A DNA stretch of 64,000 bases. Source: Eledone cirrhosa (lineage: Eukaryota). The notes beneath the pieces are model-generated. The model was not told the origin of the DNA. It ran no database searches and saw only the letters and a program-made list of their open reading frames with translations. Where the stretch lies: contig OZ024762.1 in assembly GCA_964016885.1 (NCBI GenBank), positions 27,900,001 through 27,964,000 of the forward strand, in the 5' to 3' direction. The position numbers were made by a program, and so were the translations under genes. How positions within the stretch are numbered: the stretch's first letter is position 1; each line of letters opens with the position of its first letter. This document shows positions 63,820-64,000 of the stretch, in pieces.

Positions 63820-64000
63820 AGATCCTTGTAAGTAGACTAGAAAACAGAACCCAGATCCCCTCAGGGAAATGGCCTTGCTCAGTATGTAGGAAAGGTGTAG
63901 GTAGGAACTCCATTCTCTGCCCCAAATGCAAACAATGGGTACACAAGAGATGTAGCGGGATCTCAGGAAGCTTAATTAAGAATGTAGGCTTCACATGCAG
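63820..64000 (+). mobile_element. Third copy of the young RTE family (5'-truncated, runs off window)
   Basis: Nearly identical to the reverse complement of 15236-15417. Confidence 0.9.

Overview
Eukaryotic, AT- and microsatellite-rich genomic DNA. The tRNA-derived SINE families, RTE LINEs and (TA)n/(ATC)n density suggest a cephalopod, probably octopus (inference). Almost all ORF-track entries are repeat artefacts. The real content is nested mobile DNA: a young RTE LINE with an open RT frame plus near-identical fragments, older RTE, CR1, R4/Dong and CRE fragments, many SINEs, a Helitron, MITEs, and satellites amplified from TE segments. One candidate host locus is a ~2.7 kb Gly/Tyr (GGY)-rich exon on the minus strand, preceded by decayed Cys-rich sequence. 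The most striking hidden signal is about ten minimal type-I hammerhead ribozyme motifs from several unrelated families. They lie in or next to about a dozen short fold-back (palindromic) elements embedded in (TA)n tracts. One sits directly downstream of a Penelope-type GIY-YIG ORF, and in several elements the fold-back apex falls on the ribozyme itself.
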